Of a stretch of DNA of 64,000 nucleotides, positions 1 to 9,997 are shown piece by piece. Location of the stretch: NCBI GenBank assembly GCA_038060895.1, contig JBBTCT010000022.1, positions 96,001 through 160,000 of the forward strand, written 5' to 3'. The stretch comes from Planctomycetota bacterium (lineage in GTDB: Bacteria > Planctomycetota > MHYJ01 > WSZJ01). The notes beneath the pieces are model-generated. The model was not told the origin of the DNA. It saw only the letters and a list, made by a program, of their open reading frames with translations, and ran no database searches. Within the stretch, counting starts at the first letter, position 1; each line of letters opens with the position of its first letter. A program made the position numbers and the translations under genes.

Positions 1-46
1 AGCGGCCCCGTCTTGCGCGCAAGCTGGCCGAGGGGACAGGCCATGG

Positions 47-385
47 CTACCACCCCATCGCGGCCCGCGCCGATGGCGAGAGGAGTTCATGCGACCACGG
101 GGGCTCCCAGACCAGCGACACCGTGCAGGAGCGGACGCCGGGGACCCCCATCTCTACCGCCCGTTGTGCGCCGCTCACCATGGCCGGCCCGACGGGGCAA
201 CCCATGCTGGTGAGCGTCATCTTGATCTCCACGTCCTTGTCCAGAACAGTGACCTCGTAGACGAGCCCGAGTTCGACGATGTCCAGGCCGAGCTCAGGGT
301 CGAGGATGCCGTGAAGAGCCTCGATGACCTTCTTCATCGTGGGGACATCGTCCCGGCCGGGAATGGAGTGGTCGATTTGTCTCAT
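47..385 (-). CDS. DUF59/SufT/PaaD-like metal-sulfur cluster assembly factor
   Basis: DPELGLDIVELGLVY, MTLTSMGCP and VWEPPW motifs are typical of DUF59. Divergent from the redox operon. Confidence 0.9.
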   Translation of the reverse strand: MRQIDHSIPGRDDVPTMKKVIEALHGILDPELGLDIVELGLVYEVTVLDKDVEIKMTLTSMGCPVGPAMVSGAQRAVEMGVPGVRSCTVSLVWEPPWSHELLSPSARAAMGW

Positions 386-665
386 GATGGAGAAGTTTCA
401 CACAAGCCGTGTGCCGCGAAATGCGCAGGGGGCGAGGTAGCGCGCAGCGGATTTTTCCCCCGCGCAGCGTGGATTCACACAAATCAGGGGGTTGGGCACA
501 GTGAATCTGGTCCAGCGCTGTTGTGACTGCAGCTGCGGACGGCTACGAACTACATCATCGCCGAACCCTATGCGTCATTCGTTTTTTCCGATGTTGGAAT
601 CCGAAATTGCGCTGAACCCACCACTTCTGATCCTCGGATTATGGCTTGCCCTATTCCGGCTATTG

Positions 666-690
666 TATTAGTTAATGACATTTACTAGTA
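666..690. promoter_or_regulatory. AT-rich 12-1-12 inverted repeat, possible Fur-family operator
   Basis: TATTAGTTAATG-A-CATTTACTAGTA (2 mismatches), 66 bp upstream of the ATG at 757. Confidence 0.5.
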
Positions 691-756
691 TTCCGACGGC
701 CAGATTAGGCCGCGGAAAATGACCCCTGGGATCTGCCGCCGTTCAGGAAGGAATCC

Positions 757-3687
757 ATGAACCGTGATCGCCTGTTCGTTGTCTTCGCGATCCTCTCTCT
801 CGGTGTCGGCATCACCGTCTCCCTGGCGCGAGCCGGAAGAGCGGCCGATTCCAGCGTGCTTCCCACCGCGAATTCCATCGCCGACTCCTGGAAACGGCGC
901 TCGCTTCGCCCCGTCCCGAACCCCGATCCGAACGCGAAACCGCAGCCTCACCGCTGCCGTCCGTACCGCGTCGCCGCTTCGGCGGACGGCGAGCGAGCCT
1001 GGGTCACGCTCTCCGGAAAAGAGATCTGGCCCGGCTCGGAGGTCGCTGTCCTCGATGTCCCCGGGCGGCGCGAGGTCGGCCGCGTCGCCGTCGGTTCCTA
1101 CCCCTACGCCATCCGGATGCACCCCGCCGGCAAGTGGGTCGTCGTCACCAACCGTTACTCCAACTTCCTCTCCGTCATCGACGCCGTCACGAACAAGGTT
1201 ACTTCGGAGATTCCGGTCCCGTTCTATTGCGAAGAGCTTGAATTCTCCCCCGACGGGCGCCTCGCCTGCCTCTCGAATTTCTGGAACAACCAGGTCCTGG
1301 TCGTCGACCTGCAGGAAATGGACGGTTGCCTGAAGGGACGGATGCGTGAGCTGGGCTTCGACCGCGCGGCGTTCCGGGGCGAAGAGGCCGCCGGGACCAT
1401 CAGAGAGTCGGTGTGCGAGGCGTGCGGCTGGCGGGGCGAGCCGGCTTTGAAATGTGCCCGCTGCGGCGCGCCGGCGCCGCGGATCGTGGAGCGGCCGCGC
1501 GCCGTTTCGCGGCCGGGCGGCGTTTACTCCGCGCTGCGCGCCGGCTGCGGGACGGCGGGTTGCCACCTGTACGGGCTCGGCGGCTTCACGGCCGGTCCGG
1601 ACCCCGCGGAGACTTTCCGCAGCGCTGTGGCCCACGCGTTCCCTGACGCGCCCGAGGCCAGCCCGCTCCTCCGCTGCACAACCTCGCTCCGCGACGGCGG
1701 CTGGGCCGATGGCATCGACGGCCGGCACCACCCGGGCGGTGTCGCCTTCGCCGACCCCGCTCACAACCCCGACTACGCGCTCATCCGCGATTGGATCGCC
1801 TCGGGAACCGAGGGCCCCGGGATCTCCGTCGGCGACAAGCCCCGCGACATGGCCTTCAGCGCGGACGGACGCTTCCTCTTCGTCGCCAACACCGGCTCGC
1901 TCGACGTCTCCGTGATCGACCTCTCGACCCTCCGCGAGACCCGCCGCATCTTCACCCGCTCCCCCGTCAACGACATCGCGTGGGCCGGAGACCGCCTCGT
2001 TTTCGCCACCCTCGGCGTCGGTTCAGGGCACCCCAAGGCGCGCAACCCGGCGCGCGAGTCCCTCGATCGGACAGGCGCGGAGACGGAATTCTCGCTGAAG
2101 CGCGACTTCGCGACAGGGAAGCCTCTTCCGCTCGAGAACCAGGACCCCCTGGGCCCCTACGACGATGTGGACGGGACCGCGCAGGAGAAGTTCCGGGACA
2201 TCACGAACGACGTCGTGCTGCTCGACCCGTCGGTGAGCGACGTCGCGGCATACGCGGCGACGGACGCGTGGGTGAGGTACACGTCGGACACTTTCGAGGC
2301 CCTGCCGGGAGACAAGAGAGGCGACGTGCCTCCGGAGCTGATGAAGGTTGCCGGGGCGTTCCCTGAGCAGATCGCGACCGCGGCGGACCGGGTTTACGTG
2401 ACGATGTCCGGCACGTTCCAGGTGCAGGAGTGGTCGCGCGAAGGAAACCGGCTGGTCCCGGGGCGCGTGTTCGATACGGGGTTCAAGCCTTCGGGGATCG
2501 CCGCCGCGGGGCGCACCCTGGTCGTCGCCAACCACCTGCAGGAAAGCGTGACGTTCATCGACCTCGAATCCGGCGCGGCCTCCTCGCTTTCGCTGTCGCA
2601 AATCCTCGAGCCGTTCCCGGCAACGGATTTCGAGCGCGGCGAGTTCTTCGTCCAGACGTCGATCTTCTCCGTCGACCAGGACCAGAGCTGCGTCCACTGC
2701 CACTTCCGCGACACCTCCGACGGCAAGAAATGGTCCGTGAGCCAGACCATGGGCCAGAGCCGCGACGGAAATGAGCGCGCCGGCGGCAGCCGCGAGGTCC
2801 CGGATATGCGCGGGCTCTTCCATGACGTCCCCTTTTTCGTCGAGGGAACGCTCACCATGGACGAGCCGCTCACCATGATCATGGAGCAGAACCCGCTCGT
2901 GGATTTCCAGGGCAGGACGCCCGTCGGCGACTTCACGGGAATCGTGGCGACGCCCGACGAAGAGAAGAAGTACTCGAAGTCGGCGGACGCGATCGTGGTG
3001 GCGACGGGGAAGTGGTCGTCGCCGGATGTGAAGCTGGCAGATCTAATGAAGCGCCGGGAGATCCACTTTGCGAGGATCTCGGAGAAGTACTGGGGGAGCG
3101 CGTATGGTCTTCGCGACTGCCAGAAGTTCGTGGGGGCGTATCAGGGGGAAGAGCCGAGGCTGCTGGCGAACCCGGAGGCCTCCGAAGATCCGATGGTCGT
3201 TCAGGGGAAGGCGATCTTCGAGGACGCACGGGTCGGGTGCGCCCAGTGCCACCCCGCGCCGGCGTTCACGGACAAGAAGCACCCGAACAACATGAACCGG
3301 TCTTTCCCGCCGCTTGTGACGCCGGCGCCGCGGGACAACGTGCACACGCTGGTGAGCGCGGACCGCCTCGACGCGATCAACGGGTTCGTGCGGGCCTGGG
3401 ACGCGGAGGACAAGGGGCGCGTCGAAGAGCGTGAAGGGTTCTTCGTGGCGCCGTCCTTGCGCGGCCTCTGGGCGCGCCCGCCGCGGCTGCTGCACCACGG
3501 CCGGGCGGTCAGCCTGCGGGAAGTGGTTTGCACGCCCGGCCACGCCGCCCTCAAGCCGCTTCCCTACGGCCGCCACGAACAGGGGCTCAACGAACGCGAC
3601 GGCGTGCCGGACACGCACGGCGTGACGTCGCACCTCATGGTCTGGGAGATCGAATGCCTGGTTCGCTACCTGCGCTCCATCGAATAG
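757..3687 (+). CDS. Secreted YncE/YVTN beta-propeller fused to a cytochrome c and a di-heme cytochrome c peroxidase-like domain
   Basis: N-terminal signal/TM; YVTN-like repeats (VGSYPYAI..VVTNRYSNFLSVID, VGDKPRDMAFSADGRFLFVANTGS); CGTAGCH, CVHCH and CAQCH; CCP-like APSLRGLW..LLHHG. Confidence 0.8.
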   Translation: MNRDRLFVVFAILSLGVGITVSLARAGRAADSSVLPTANSIADSWKRRSLRPVPNPDPNAKPQPHRCRPYRVAASADGERAWVTLSGKEIWPGSEVAVLDVPGRREVGRVAVGSYPYAIRMHPAGKWVVVTNRYSNFLSVIDAVTNKVTSEIPVPFYCEELEFSPDGRLACLSNFWNNQVLVVDLQEMDGCLKGRMRELGFDRAAFRGEEAAGTIRESVCEACGWRGEPALKCARCGAPAPRIVERPRAVSRPGGVYSALRAGCGTAGCHLYGLGGFTAGPDPAETFRSAVAHAFPDAPEASPLLRCTTSLRDGGWADGIDGRHHPGGVAFADPAHNPDYALIRDWIASGTEGPGISVGDKPRDMAFSADGRFLFVANTGSLDVSVIDLSTLRETRRIFTRSPVNDIAWAGDRLVFATLGVGSGHPKARNPARESLDRTGAETEFSLKRDFATGKPLPLENQDPLGPYDDVDGTAQEKFRDITNDVVLLDPSVSDVAAYAATDAWVRYTSDTFEALPGDKRGDVPPELMKVAGAFPEQIATAADRVYVTMSGTFQVQEWSREGNRLVPGRVFDTGFKPSGIAAAGRTLVVANHLQESVTFIDLESGAASSLSLSQILEPFPATDFERGEFFVQTSIFSVDQDQSCVHCHFRDTSDGKKWSVSQTMGQSRDGNERAGGSREVPDMRGLFHDVPFFVEGTLTMDEPLTMIMEQNPLVDFQGRTPVGDFTGIVATPDEEKKYSKSADAIVVATGKWSSPDVKLADLMKRREIHFARISEKYWGSAYGLRDCQKFVGAYQGEEPRLLANPEASEDPMVVQGKAIFEDARVGCAQCHPAPAFTDKKHPNNMNRSFPPLVTPAPRDNVHTLVSADRLDAINGFVRAWDAEDKGRVEEREGFFVAPSLRGLWARPPRLLHHGRAVSLREVVCTPGHAALKPLPYGRHEQGLNERDGVPDTHGVTSHLMVWEIECLVRYLRSIE

Positions 3688-4724
3688 CCCTCGCCACCGC
3701 CGCCGCGTTCGCGCTGGCCGGCCTCGGCCTGTGGGCGCGTCGCGACGCGTTGCCCGCCGCCGCCCCGTCGTCCGCCGCTTCCGGCGGCACCGTCGTCCGC
3801 GCGACGCGGCCGCTCATGGGAAGCGTCTTTGAAATCGCGGTCTGGGCGCCTGCGGGGAAAGAGCCGGAGGCGGCTGAGGCGGCGCGGGCGGGGCTGGACC
3901 TGGTTGCGGCGCTCGAGGAGAAGATCAGCGAGTGGAAACCGTCGAGCGAGATTTCCGCCGTGAACGCGGCGGCGGGGGGCGAGCCTGTGAAGGTCGGGCC
4001 CGAGACGCGCGAGCTCGTCGGCGCGATGGTCGAGTGGTCGCGGCGGACGGGTGGAGCGTTCGACGTCACGGGCGGGCCTCTGTTCCGGCGGTGGGAGAAG
4101 GCGCGCAAGGAGAAGGACCTTCCGTCGGGCGCGGAGGTCGACGCGCTTCGGGCCCTCGTCGGATGGGAGAAGATCACGCTGGGCGCCGGAGCGGTCCGCC
4201 TCGCGAAGCCTGGAATGGCGATCGGTACGGGAGCGATCGGCAAGGGCTGGGCCGCCGACAAGGCGGGGGCGATGCTCGAGGAGCGCGGATTCCCCGACTA
4301 CATCGTGGACGCGGGAGGCGACCTGCGCGTCGGTGGCTCGCGCGGCGGCGAGCCGTGGACGGTCGCCGTGAAAGAGCCGCGGCGCGAGGGCTTTCTCGCG
4401 ACGATCGCCGCCGCGCCCGGCGGCATCGCGACATCCGGCGATTACGAGCGGTTCTGGCTCGTGGACGGCGTGCGCTACTCCCACATCCTCGACCTCCGAA
4501 CCGGCTGGCCGGCGCGCGGCCTCGCAAGCGTCACCATCATCGCGCGGGACGGCACTTCGGCCGACGCCCTTGCCACGGCCGTATTCGCGATGGGGCCGGA
4601 GAAGGGGCTCGAGTTTGCGAATGGTCTCAAGGGGGTGGAAGCGATGCTGGTGCGCGACGACGGAGGGGAGATCTTCACGCGCGGCCTTCGGCGGAAAGGC
4701 GACCGGCTGGAGGTGATCCGGTGA
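3654..4724 (+). CDS. apbE: FAD:protein FMN transferase
   Basis: LMGS, SEISAVN, TGGAFDVT, GAIGKGWAAD, DAGGD, ATSGDYERF, YSHILD, ADALATA. ATG at 3654 follows GGGAG. Confidence 0.93.
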   Translation: MPGSLPALHRIALATAAAFALAGLGLWARRDALPAAAPSSAASGGTVVRATRPLMGSVFEIAVWAPAGKEPEAAEAARAGLDLVAALEEKISEWKPSSEISAVNAAAGGEPVKVGPETRELVGAMVEWSRRTGGAFDVTGGPLFRRWEKARKEKDLPSGAEVDALRALVGWEKITLGAGAVRLAKPGMAIGTGAIGKGWAADKAGAMLEERGFPDYIVDAGGDLRVGGSRGGEPWTVAVKEPRREGFLATIAAAPGGIATSGDYERFWLVDGVRYSHILDLRTGWPARGLASVTIIARDGTSADALATAVFAMGPEKGLEFANGLKGVEAMLVRDDGGEIFTRGLRRKGDRLEVIR

Positions 4725-7700
4725 ACGGCGCGCAGGTGCGGGGGGCGATGGTGCTGGCGGCGGCTTCCGCGGCCGCGGCCATCATAGGATGGAAGGCGTT
4801 CGCGATCCGGGAACGACCTGCGCCGGCGCGGCAGGCCGGCGATTCCTTCGCCGTCTTCTGTCGCGAAGTCGTCCCGGTGCTGGACCGCCGCTGCGGCGGC
4901 TGTCACGGTGTTCCCGGCGACGTTTACGATGCCATCGCCGCCGAGCCGCTGAACCGCACGCTCCTGCGCTGGCCCGTCGACGAATCCGGCCGCATCGCGA
5001 CGGCCGGCCAGCGCGTCGAAGCGTTCCGCCGACTCACGCAGACCTCCGCGGGCGGAGGGAAGCAGTTCGCGCCGCTCGACCGCCGCGGGCCAGCCCTCGC
5101 AAGCCAGATTCTCCGGGCGCCGCTCGCTGAATCGCTCGGCGGCTACGTCCACGCCGAGGTGTTCGCCTCCGTCGCCGACCCGGACTTCGTCGCGCTGGCG
5201 GCGTGGGCCAGCCTGGAGATCTCCGCGAGTCCCGAGCCCGCCGCGACGCTCTCGCCCGGCGCCGAGACCTTCTTCGCCGAAAGGGTCGTCCCCATCCTCG
5301 AGCGCAAGACCTGCTTCGGCTCCAACTGCCACGGAAAGCTGGCCTTCAACGACCTCAAGCTCGACCCCGGCATCCCCGCCCTCCGGGAACGCTTCACCCC
5401 CGCTCTCCACCGCGCCAACCGCCGCGCGATGCTCGGCGAGGTCACCCGCCTGGTAAACCTGTCCGGCGACGTCGAGCAGTCGAAGCAGCTCAAGAAGAGC
5501 ATTCCCGTCGAGCAGGGCGGGATCGTGCACAAGGGCGGGAACAACTTCCTCGAGAAAGGCGACCCGGACTACGCCGTGGTGAAGGAATGGCTGGAGCGGG
5601 AACGGGCCGAAGCGCGGAAGGCGACCGGTGCAGCGCTTGGAGACCTGCGCGGGATCGTGTTCGTGCGCCGGCCGCGGGCAACGCCGGAGCGGTACTTCGA
5701 GCCGCTCGTTTGGCTGCCGGGAGCGGACGTGATCCTGCTTCGGGACGGCCGCGAGACGAACCTCACGGCGGCTCTTCACCCGTCCGCCCCCGCGGACATC
5801 CGTGCGGCGGAGGTCAGCTACGACGCGCGGAGGATCTCGTTCGCGATGCGCAGGAGCGAGGAAGAGCCGTTCAACGTCTGGGAGATCGAGCTCGAATCCG
5901 GCGCGGCGCGGCAGATCACGTTCTCGACGGACCCTGCGGTTCATTTCGTCGATCCGGTCTACGTCCCCGACCCCGAGGACGCCGACGGCCTGCGGCTCGA
6001 TCTCGCGGACCTCGTCGTGCTCTCGAACTTCTCGGGCGAATTCTGCGAAGTGAGCCCCGACGGGGTCCTCGGCGAGGCCGAAGGCGGGACGGCGGACGCC
6101 ATCGAGGACGCTGAGCTGCGCGAGAAGGCAGGAACGTTCGACGGACGGCGCCTGCGAGTCCTTCGCGGTGCAAACACCGGCGAAGCGCGGACCATCTCCC
6201 GCCAGGAGCCAGGCCGGCTCCAGCTGGACCGGCCGTTCCCGTCGCCCTGCGACTCCACGACCCACTACGTGATCGACGCGCCGGTAAGAGTGGCGCCGAA
6301 GTTCGATCTGTACCGCATGAAACTGGCGGCCCCGGGCGGCGAGCGCGCGGCATTCCAGGCGACGCTGCGGCGGATGACCTGGTCGCCGTCGCAGGCGCGG
6401 CGGCCATCGCTGCGGTCGAGCGGGGAAGTGATGGCGACGTTCCTGCGCGCCGGCTGGCAGGAAGGGCGACCGTTCTTCAACGGCGCGATCTTCCGCACGC
6501 ACATCGACGGCTCGAATTTTCACACTCACGGCGGCAACCGCTCCGGCCTGCCGATCCACGCAGACGGGCGCGAGGCCGCGGACGGGCTGGAGGTCCGGAT
6601 CGGGCGCGACGCGGACTCGTGGTGGGGCGGCGTGCCGATCCTTGTTGACCACCAGTTCGGCCCTCACATCGAGGACCGCAACCCCCTCGACGACCTCGAC
6701 CACCCGTGGCGCAATGGCCCCCCGAAGTCCGCGATGACGCGCTTCGCGTCCGCCTGGATCCCGCTCGACGAAACAGCCTCATGCCGCGGGTTGTCCCCGG
6801 GAGGCGCGTGGCACGACCTCTTCCCCATGCCCGACGGCTCGATCCTCGCGTCGTTCGCGCCGGGGCCCGTCGACCTCGACGACCCGTCGGCGGCTCCGGA
6901 CTTCGACATTGTGCGGCTCGTGCCCGACCCGGCGTTTCAGTCCGCGGACGGATTCGCGGGCGGAAAATTCCGGCGCGAAACGCTCGCCGGCGGGCCTTCC
7001 GCCGAGCTGTGGCCGCGCCCCGTCGCGCCGCACCTCAAGGAACCCCTGTCGAAAACCATCAAGATCGACGAGGACCTCTTCGGCCCCGCACCCCGCGACC
7101 GCGGCCTCGCCCGCTACCCCGCAGGCGCTGCATCCGTGCTCCAGGTGTTCGATCTGCCGCTCCTGGACGCGTTCTTCACCCAGTCCACGCCGGTCGGTGT
7201 CCGCCACATCGCGTCCGATGTCTGCCCCTCCTGCGGCGACGCGACCCCCGACATCGACCAGGTCCATCTCGCCCGCATCGTCGGCCTCCAGGCGCGCCCT
7301 GACCCCGCCGCGCAGCCCCGTCGCTTCCTCATCGCCGAAGTTCCCCTCGCCGAAGACGGCTCCATCCAGGCCGCCATCCCCGCCGGCATCGCGTTCGACA
7401 TCGAGTCGGTCAACGCGCGCGGCATGGCGCTGCGCTCCCCGAACCGCTGGCTCTACACACTCCCCGGCGAACGCCACACCCTCTCCATCCCGCGCCCGCT
7501 CTTCGCCCAGACCTGCGGCGGCTGCCACGGCGGCCTCACCGGCGCGCCCGCCGACATCCTCCGCCGCCCCGACATCATCACCTCGGCATCGCGGACACAG
7601 GCGATCTGGGATGTCGAGAAGCGCCGCAAGCTCCTGCCCTCCAACTGGGACGGCGGGCGCGCGCCGGCGCCGGTCGAAGTGAGCTTCGAGAAGAGCGTCC

Positions 7701-7978
7701 GCCCGATCCTCGAGCGCCGCTGCCTGGAGTGCCACGAGGGGAGCGGAGCGGTGTCGGGAGTGAATCTTGCGGGCGAAGCGGCCTACGACACCCTTTTGCG
7801 CTTTATAGATCTCGACGACCGCCGCGCGATCGTCTCGCGACTCGCCGAGCGGCTCGAGGGACGCGAACTGCACGCCCCGGGTGTAGCGCCCGCGGCACCA
7901 CACCCGGACGGCGCACCGCTTCCCGACGAAGATCTCCGCGCTATTTACCGCTGGATCGACCTGGGGGCGGAGCGATGA
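4721..7978 (+). CDS. Multiheme cytochrome c with a hydrazine synthase alpha (HzsA)-like propeller and middle domain
   Basis: GTG overlaps the apbE stop; CGGCH, CFGSNCH, CGGCH, CLECH; VSYDARRISFAMR propeller motif; EVPLAEDGS..IPAG..NARGMA..W..PGE..CGGCH resembles the HZS-alpha middle domain. Confidence 0.75.
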   Translation: MNGAQVRGAMVLAAASAAAAIIGWKAFAIRERPAPARQAGDSFAVFCREVVPVLDRRCGGCHGVPGDVYDAIAAEPLNRTLLRWPVDESGRIATAGQRVEAFRRLTQTSAGGGKQFAPLDRRGPALASQILRAPLAESLGGYVHAEVFASVADPDFVALAAWASLEISASPEPAATLSPGAETFFAERVVPILERKTCFGSNCHGKLAFNDLKLDPGIPALRERFTPALHRANRRAMLGEVTRLVNLSGDVEQSKQLKKSIPVEQGGIVHKGGNNFLEKGDPDYAVVKEWLERERAEARKATGAALGDLRGIVFVRRPRATPERYFEPLVWLPGADVILLRDGRETNLTAALHPSAPADIRAAEVSYDARRISFAMRRSEEEPFNVWEIELESGAARQITFSTDPAVHFVDPVYVPDPEDADGLRLDLADLVVLSNFSGEFCEVSPDGVLGEAEGGTADAIEDAELREKAGTFDGRRLRVLRGANTGEARTISRQEPGRLQLDRPFPSPCDSTTHYVIDAPVRVAPKFDLYRMKLAAPGGERAAFQATLRRMTWSPSQARRPSLRSSGEVMATFLRAGWQEGRPFFNGAIFRTHIDGSNFHTHGGNRSGLPIHADGREAADGLEVRIGRDADSWWGGVPILVDHQFGPHIEDRNPLDDLDHPWRNGPPKSAMTRFASAWIPLDETASCRGLSPGGAWHDLFPMPDGSILASFAPGPVDLDDPSAAPDFDIVRLVPDPAFQSADGFAGGKFRRETLAGGPSAELWPRPVAPHLKEPLSKTIKIDEDLFGPAPRDRGLARYPAGAASVLQVFDLPLLDAFFTQSTPVGVRHIASDVCPSCGDATPDIDQVHLARIVGLQARPDPAAQPRRFLIAEVPLAEDGSIQAAIPAGIAFDIESVNARGMALRSPNRWLYTLPGERHTLSIPRPLFAQTCGGCHGGLTGAPADILRRPDIITSASRTQAIWDVEKRRKLLPSNWDGGRAPAPVEVSFEKSVRPILERRCLECHEGSGAVSGVNLAGEAAYDTLLRFIDLDDRRAIVSRLAERLEGRELHAPGVAPAAPHPDGAPLPDEDLRAIYRWIDLGAER

Positions 7979-8424
7979 AGGGCGCCTCGATCCTCGGCAT
8001 TCTCCTGCTTGTCGTGGCGCTCTCGGCGGCGGCGTGGCTGGCGCATGAAGGGGTGTCGGGAGTTTCCTGCGCGAAGGCGGGTGACTGCGCGAGCTGCCAC
8101 AAAGGGTCGCCGCCGACGACGCATACACCGGCTTTCGTCGAAGAAGGGCACGGACCGGCGGCGCTTCAGAATCAGGCGTCCTGCCTCGGCTGTCACAAGC
8201 GCGAGTCGTGCGACGAGTGCCACGCAAAGGAGCGGCCGAAGTGGCACACGAGCGGGTTTCGGGCGCCGGGGAGGGGGCGGGAGGAGAGGGAGGAGCACAT
8301 CCGGATTTCGGCGGCGCACCGGGAGTCGTGCGGCGAGTGCCATGCGCGGCGGTTCGCGTCGCAGTGCGCGGAGTGCCACCGGCCGGACGAGGCGTGGCTG
8401 AAGACGGCCCAGGAGGCGCGATGA
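7975..8424 (+). CDS. Membrane-anchored or periplasmic pentaheme cytochrome c
   Basis: Hydrophobic N-terminus followed by CASCH, CLGCH, CDECH, CGECH and CAECH in 149 aa. Confidence 0.88.
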   Translation: MKGASILGILLLVVALSAAAWLAHEGVSGVSCAKAGDCASCHKGSPPTTHTPAFVEEGHGPAALQNQASCLGCHKRESCDECHAKERPKWHTSGFRAPGRGREEREEHIRISAAHRESCGECHARRFASQCAECHRPDEAWLKTAQEAR

Positions 8425-9542
8425 AGGTCCCGGCGCTGAAGCAGACGGTGCGCGAGGCGATCCGGGCGCTGGAGCCGGCGCCGGCAGTCCGCGTCCGGAC
8501 GGCCGGGCTGCTCGCGCGAGTGGTGCCTGGAGACCGCGTGGAAGCGGGGCAGGTGATCGCGGAGTCGCCGGAAGGGGAGGGGTTCGCGCGGCGTCGGCAC
8601 TCGCCGTACGACGGCGTCGTGGTTTCGGCGAAGCGCCCGGGAGAAATCCGGATCGAGGGCCGGCCGCGCGTCCTTCCTTCGGCGCCGCACCGGGAGTTGG
8701 CGTCGCTCTCGCCCGAAGCGGTGGTCGCCGCCGTGCGGGACGCCGGCATCGAGGGAATGGGAGGCGGGATGTTCCCGACGTATGTGAAGCTCGCGCCCGG
8801 CCGGCCGGTCGAGTGCGTGATCGTGAATGCCTGCGAGTCGGAGCCGTACCTCGCGTGCGACGCGCGCGTGATGGCCGAATTCCGCGACGACGTCGAGTGC
8901 GGGATGCGCCTCGCCATGCGCGCCGTCGGCGCCGCGCGCGGCGTGATCGTCCACGACGACGGCGGCTACCCGGGCGGCTACGAACGCTTCCTCGTCCGCC
9001 AGGTCCTCGGCCGCGATGTCCCACCGGGCGGCCGCCCGGCAGACGCGGGCGCGATCGTGATCAACGTGCAGACGGCCCGCGCGATCCACCACGCCGTCTG
9101 CCTGGAGCGGCCTCTGCTGGACCGCGTCGTGACCGTCGATGGCGGCGCCGTGGCGCGCCCCGGGAATTTCACGGTGTCGCTCGGCACCGAGTTCGGCCAC
9201 ATCCTCGCCTGCGCTTCGGCCGACCTCGCGCTGGCGGCGGTCCTTCTCGCAGGCGGTCCGATGATGGGCGTCGAGTCGCTGCCCGACGCCGTCGTCGAGC
9301 CGGGGACCGGAGGCGTCCTCGCGCTCACCCGCGAGGAGATCCGCCGCCCCACCGACAACCCGTGCATCCGCTGCGGCGACTGCCTCGAAGCGTGCCCCGT
9401 GGGCCTGAGCGCGCGTCACCTCATCCTTCGCCCCACGGCCGCCCTCTCGCGCTGCATGGACTGCGGCATGTGCCAGTACGTCTGCCCCGCCGACCGCTCC
9501 CTCGTCGCCCTTCTCCGCCGGGCCAAGGCGACATTGCGATGA
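8421..9542 (+). CDS. rnfC: Compact RnfC-like electron transport subunit
   Basis: AGIEGMGGGMFPTYVKL, NACESEPYL, YPGGYE, GGPMMG, and two 4Fe-4S motifs CIRCGDCLEACP and CMDCGMCQYVCP. Confidence 0.85.
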   Translation: MKVPALKQTVREAIRALEPAPAVRVRTAGLLARVVPGDRVEAGQVIAESPEGEGFARRRHSPYDGVVVSAKRPGEIRIEGRPRVLPSAPHRELASLSPEAVVAAVRDAGIEGMGGGMFPTYVKLAPGRPVECVIVNACESEPYLACDARVMAEFRDDVECGMRLAMRAVGAARGVIVHDDGGYPGGYERFLVRQVLGRDVPPGGRPADAGAIVINVQTARAIHHAVCLERPLLDRVVTVDGGAVARPGNFTVSLGTEFGHILACASADLALAAVLLAGGPMMGVESLPDAVVEPGTGGVLALTREEIRRPTDNPCIRCGDCLEACPVGLSARHLILRPTAALSRCMDCGMCQYVCPADRSLVALLRRAKATLR

Positions 9543-9997
9543 GCGAAGCGCCCCCGGCGCGCGCCCGCGTGGCGACCGCCGTCCTTCTCGCCGCCGCCGC
9601 GGCCGTCGCGTTCGCGCTGCGCCCTGCTGACCCGGACCGCGCGCTCGCCGAGCGGCTCATCGGCCCCGCCGCGCGCGTCCCTGGCGGCGGCCCGCCCGCA
9701 TTTCACAACGGCCGCAAAGCGGTCCTCTTCTTCGAACGCCCCGGCGTCCAGGGGCTCATCCGCGGCGCCGTCGTCCTCGAGGGAGATGCCGTCGCCGACG
9801 TCCTTGTCCTCACCAGCACCGAGGGCCACGACGGCCGCGTTCTCCAGTCCCCCGGGTTCCTCGCTTCGTTCCGCGGCCGGCCCGCACGCCCCCCCGTCGT
9901 CGTGGACTCCGTCACCGGCGCGAGCGTCTCCTCCCGCCTCCTCATCGACGCCGTCAACGACCGCCTCCGCTGGTGGTCCACCGAGGCCCCCCGATGA
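9539..9997 (+). CDS. RnfG-like FMN-binding protein
   Basis: N-terminal TM helix, GVQGLI, EG, and the flavinylation motif VDSVTGASVSS. Confidence 0.75.
   Translation: MSEAPPARARVATAVLLAAAAAVAFALRPADPDRALAERLIGPAARVPGGGPPAFHNGRKAVLFFERPGVQGLIRGAVVLEGDAVADVLVLTSTEGHDGRVLQSPGFLASFRGRPARPPVVVDSVTGASVSSRLLIDAVNDRLRWWSTEAPR

Noticed and set aside
3932-4720. N-terminal 263 aa of the listed 1348-aa ORF
   Set aside because: Overlaps apbE in another frame; the likely start is the coupled GTG at 4721 (or the ATG shortly after).
757-7978. Calling this a true anammox hydrazine synthase
   Set aside because: Similarity is at the architecture level only; GC is high and there are no hao/hdh genes in the window. 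HzsA-like domains also occur in non-anammox bacteria.
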